From contig JBBQXJ010000063.1 in the NCBI GenBank assembly GCA_038209745.1, positions 1-27,151 on the forward strand: a stretch of DNA of 27,151 nucleotides. Reading direction: 5' to 3'. The position numbers and the translations under genes are program-made. Under the pieces are notes generated by a model, which was given only the letters and a program-made list of their open reading frames with translations, was not told the DNA's origin and ran no database searches. The DNA is from Verrucomicrobiota bacterium. GTDB taxonomy: Bacteria; Verrucomicrobiota; Verrucomicrobiia; Limisphaerales; CANJSG01. This document shows, piece after piece, positions 25,852 through 27,151 of the stretch (the stretch's first letter is position 1; each line of letters starts with the position of its first letter).

Positions 25852-26168
25852 TCGGAATTATCCGGAACGATGCGGTTGAAATGGGGCCATTGGTTGGGAA
25901 GTGATTGAGGCTGATGAAAACGGACTGATCGAAGGGCGAGAGCCCGCTGCACCAAACGGTGGCCGGTGAGGGGAGTTCAAAAGCAGCCGAAAATCGATCG
26001 CGGTGGATTTCACCGGGCAGCATCTCAGGGCGCACGCCGGGACGGCGACGTTCTGGGGCGGCCAAGCTGACCGAACCGGTGCAACGGCTGCTCCGGCACG
26101 ACCTGGTCTGGACGCCGACCGAGCTGGCCGACAACGACGTGGCCAAAGTCGAGTATCAGGCATTTGGC
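25852..26168 (+). pseudogene. Internally deleted IS1380-like transposase remnant
   Basis: MKTD*SKGESPLHQTV (from 25914), then frameshifted IAVDFTGQHLRAHAGTATFWG, then AKLTEPVQRLLRHDLVWTPTELADNDVAKVEYQAF. These resemble N-terminal and internal IS1380 segments (recognised from memory). Possible left end tcggaattatccgg. Confidence 0.55.
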
Positions 26169-26293
26169 CCGCCCGCCCGCCCGGCGCTCAGCGTGATCGT
26201 CCAGAAAGCGGCGGCGAATCCCTGGTAGAACTGTGGCTCCAACCGGGGGAGATGGTGCATGGGCGAGCGCGGCGGAATGAACGGCTCGGGCAT
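26156..26293 (-). pseudogene. Truncated RAYT/Y1-transposase-like N-terminal remnant
   Basis: MPEPFIPPRSPMHHLPRLEPQFYQGFAAAFWTITL followed by an apparent frameshift and stop; lies directly beside a GTAG REP doublet; the HuH motif is absent. Confidence 0.45.
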
Positions 26294-26335
26294 GGCGCGG
26301 GGGTGGAAAGGCGGACGGCGAACTCCAGCCTCCTC

Positions 26336-26450
26336 GTAGCGGCGAACGGGAGTTCGCCGCCAATCGATGGGTGGGGCGCACTTCAGACGTCCAAGCAAGT
26401 CGCCTCATTCCCGCTGTGGATGCTTCCGCCAGACTCTCGTTCGCCGCTAC
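26336..26450. repeat. GTAG-family REP doublet (REPIN), family E
   Basis: gtagcggcgaacgggagttcgccgc (26336-26360) and inverted ccgccagactctcgttcgccgctac (26426-26450). Confidence 0.85.
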
Positions 26451-26454
26451 GGGG

Positions 26455-27150
26455 CTACTCCGGCTTGCGGCTGACGCGCTCCGGTTGTCGGGCGCGGCTC
26501 ATGGCGGTGTCGTAGCTGATCTGGCACTTGGCGTAGAGGTCGCGCAGGCAGTCGTCGAGCAGGACCATGCCGTCGCGGCGGCTGGTCTGGATGACGTTGT
26601 CCAGATGGTGGAGCTGGTTTTCCCGGATCAGATTCCGCACGGCGGGCGTGGCGGTGAGCAGTTCGTAGGCGAGCACGCGGCGGGTACGGTCGGCGGAGGG
26701 GAGCAGTTCCTGGGAGAGGATGCCCTGCAGGTTGTTCGCGAGCTGGAGGATGATCTGCCGCTGCGCGCCGCCCTCGAAGATCCCGATGATCCGTTCCAGC
26801 GCGAGAAAGACGTTGGGCGCATGCATGGTGGCGAGGACGAGGTGGCCGGTTTCGGCGGCGGTCAACGCGGTGGAGATGGCCTCGTGATCGCGGATCTCGC
26901 CGACGACGATGACGTCCGGGTCCTGTCGCAACACGTGGATGAGGGCGCGGTTGAACGAGCGCACATCGGTCAGCACCTCCTGCTGGACGACGATGGCGCG
27001 GTTGTTCTCGTGCACGAACTCGATGGGGTCCTCGATGGTGATGATCTTGCAGCGACGCTCGCGGTTGATCGCGTCGATCATGTAGTTGAGCGTCGTGGTC
27101 TTGCCGGCGCCGGTGGGCCCGGTGATGAGGAAGAGGCCGTTGGGGCGGCG
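26455..27150 (-). CDS. PilT/PilU family type IV pilus ATPase (5' end outside window)
   Basis: The frame extends to the window edge: ITGPTGAGKTT (Walker A), TIEDPIE, LRQDPDVIVVGEIRD, AETGHLVLATMH, AVRNLIRE. Confidence 0.93.
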   Translation of the reverse strand, partial: RRPNGLFLITGPTGAGKTTTLNYMIDAINRERRCKIITIEDPIEFVHENNRAIVVQQEVLTDVRSFNRALIHVLRQDPDVIVVGEIRDHEAISTALTAAETGHLVLATMHAPNVFLALERIIGIFEGGAQRQIILQLANNLQGILSQELLPSADRTRRVLAYELLTATPAVRNLIRENQLHHLDNVIQTSRRDGMVLLDDCLRDLYAKCQISYDTAMSRARQPERVSRKPE

Positions 27151-27151
27151 G

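Overview
High-GC bacterial chromosomal segment, probably from Verrucomicrobiota (Limisphaerales/Pedosphaera-like). The taxonomy is inferred from gene content, a C-terminal ...FFRL domain and the repeat families, not from a search. The core genes are dnaE, mutL, an xerC-like recombinase, an FmdB zinc ribbon, a KamA-family radical SAM enzyme, mntH with an outer-membrane channel, a cNMP histidine kinase and a partial PilT/PilU ATPase. Accessory genes are interspersed among them: a partial YoeB toxin, Fic, a serine hydrolase, an NHL-type propeller, a peptidase-S74 fibre and several hypotheticals. The non-coding DNA carries at least five distinct REP/REPIN-like palindrome families and two decayed transposase remnants (IS1380-like and RAYT-like). 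Three observations stand out. (1) Repeat elements sit in frame inside the housekeeping genes dnaE (a REP-like unit and a heptamer palindrome) and mutL (three 7-bp arrays in the linker). (2) An unannotated protein with a restriction-endonuclease-like pattern and a C-terminal QLELF clamp-binding motif lies next to xerC. (3) Three genes have sigma70-like promoters exactly 9 nt from their ATG. No rRNA, tRNA or CRISPR array was seen.
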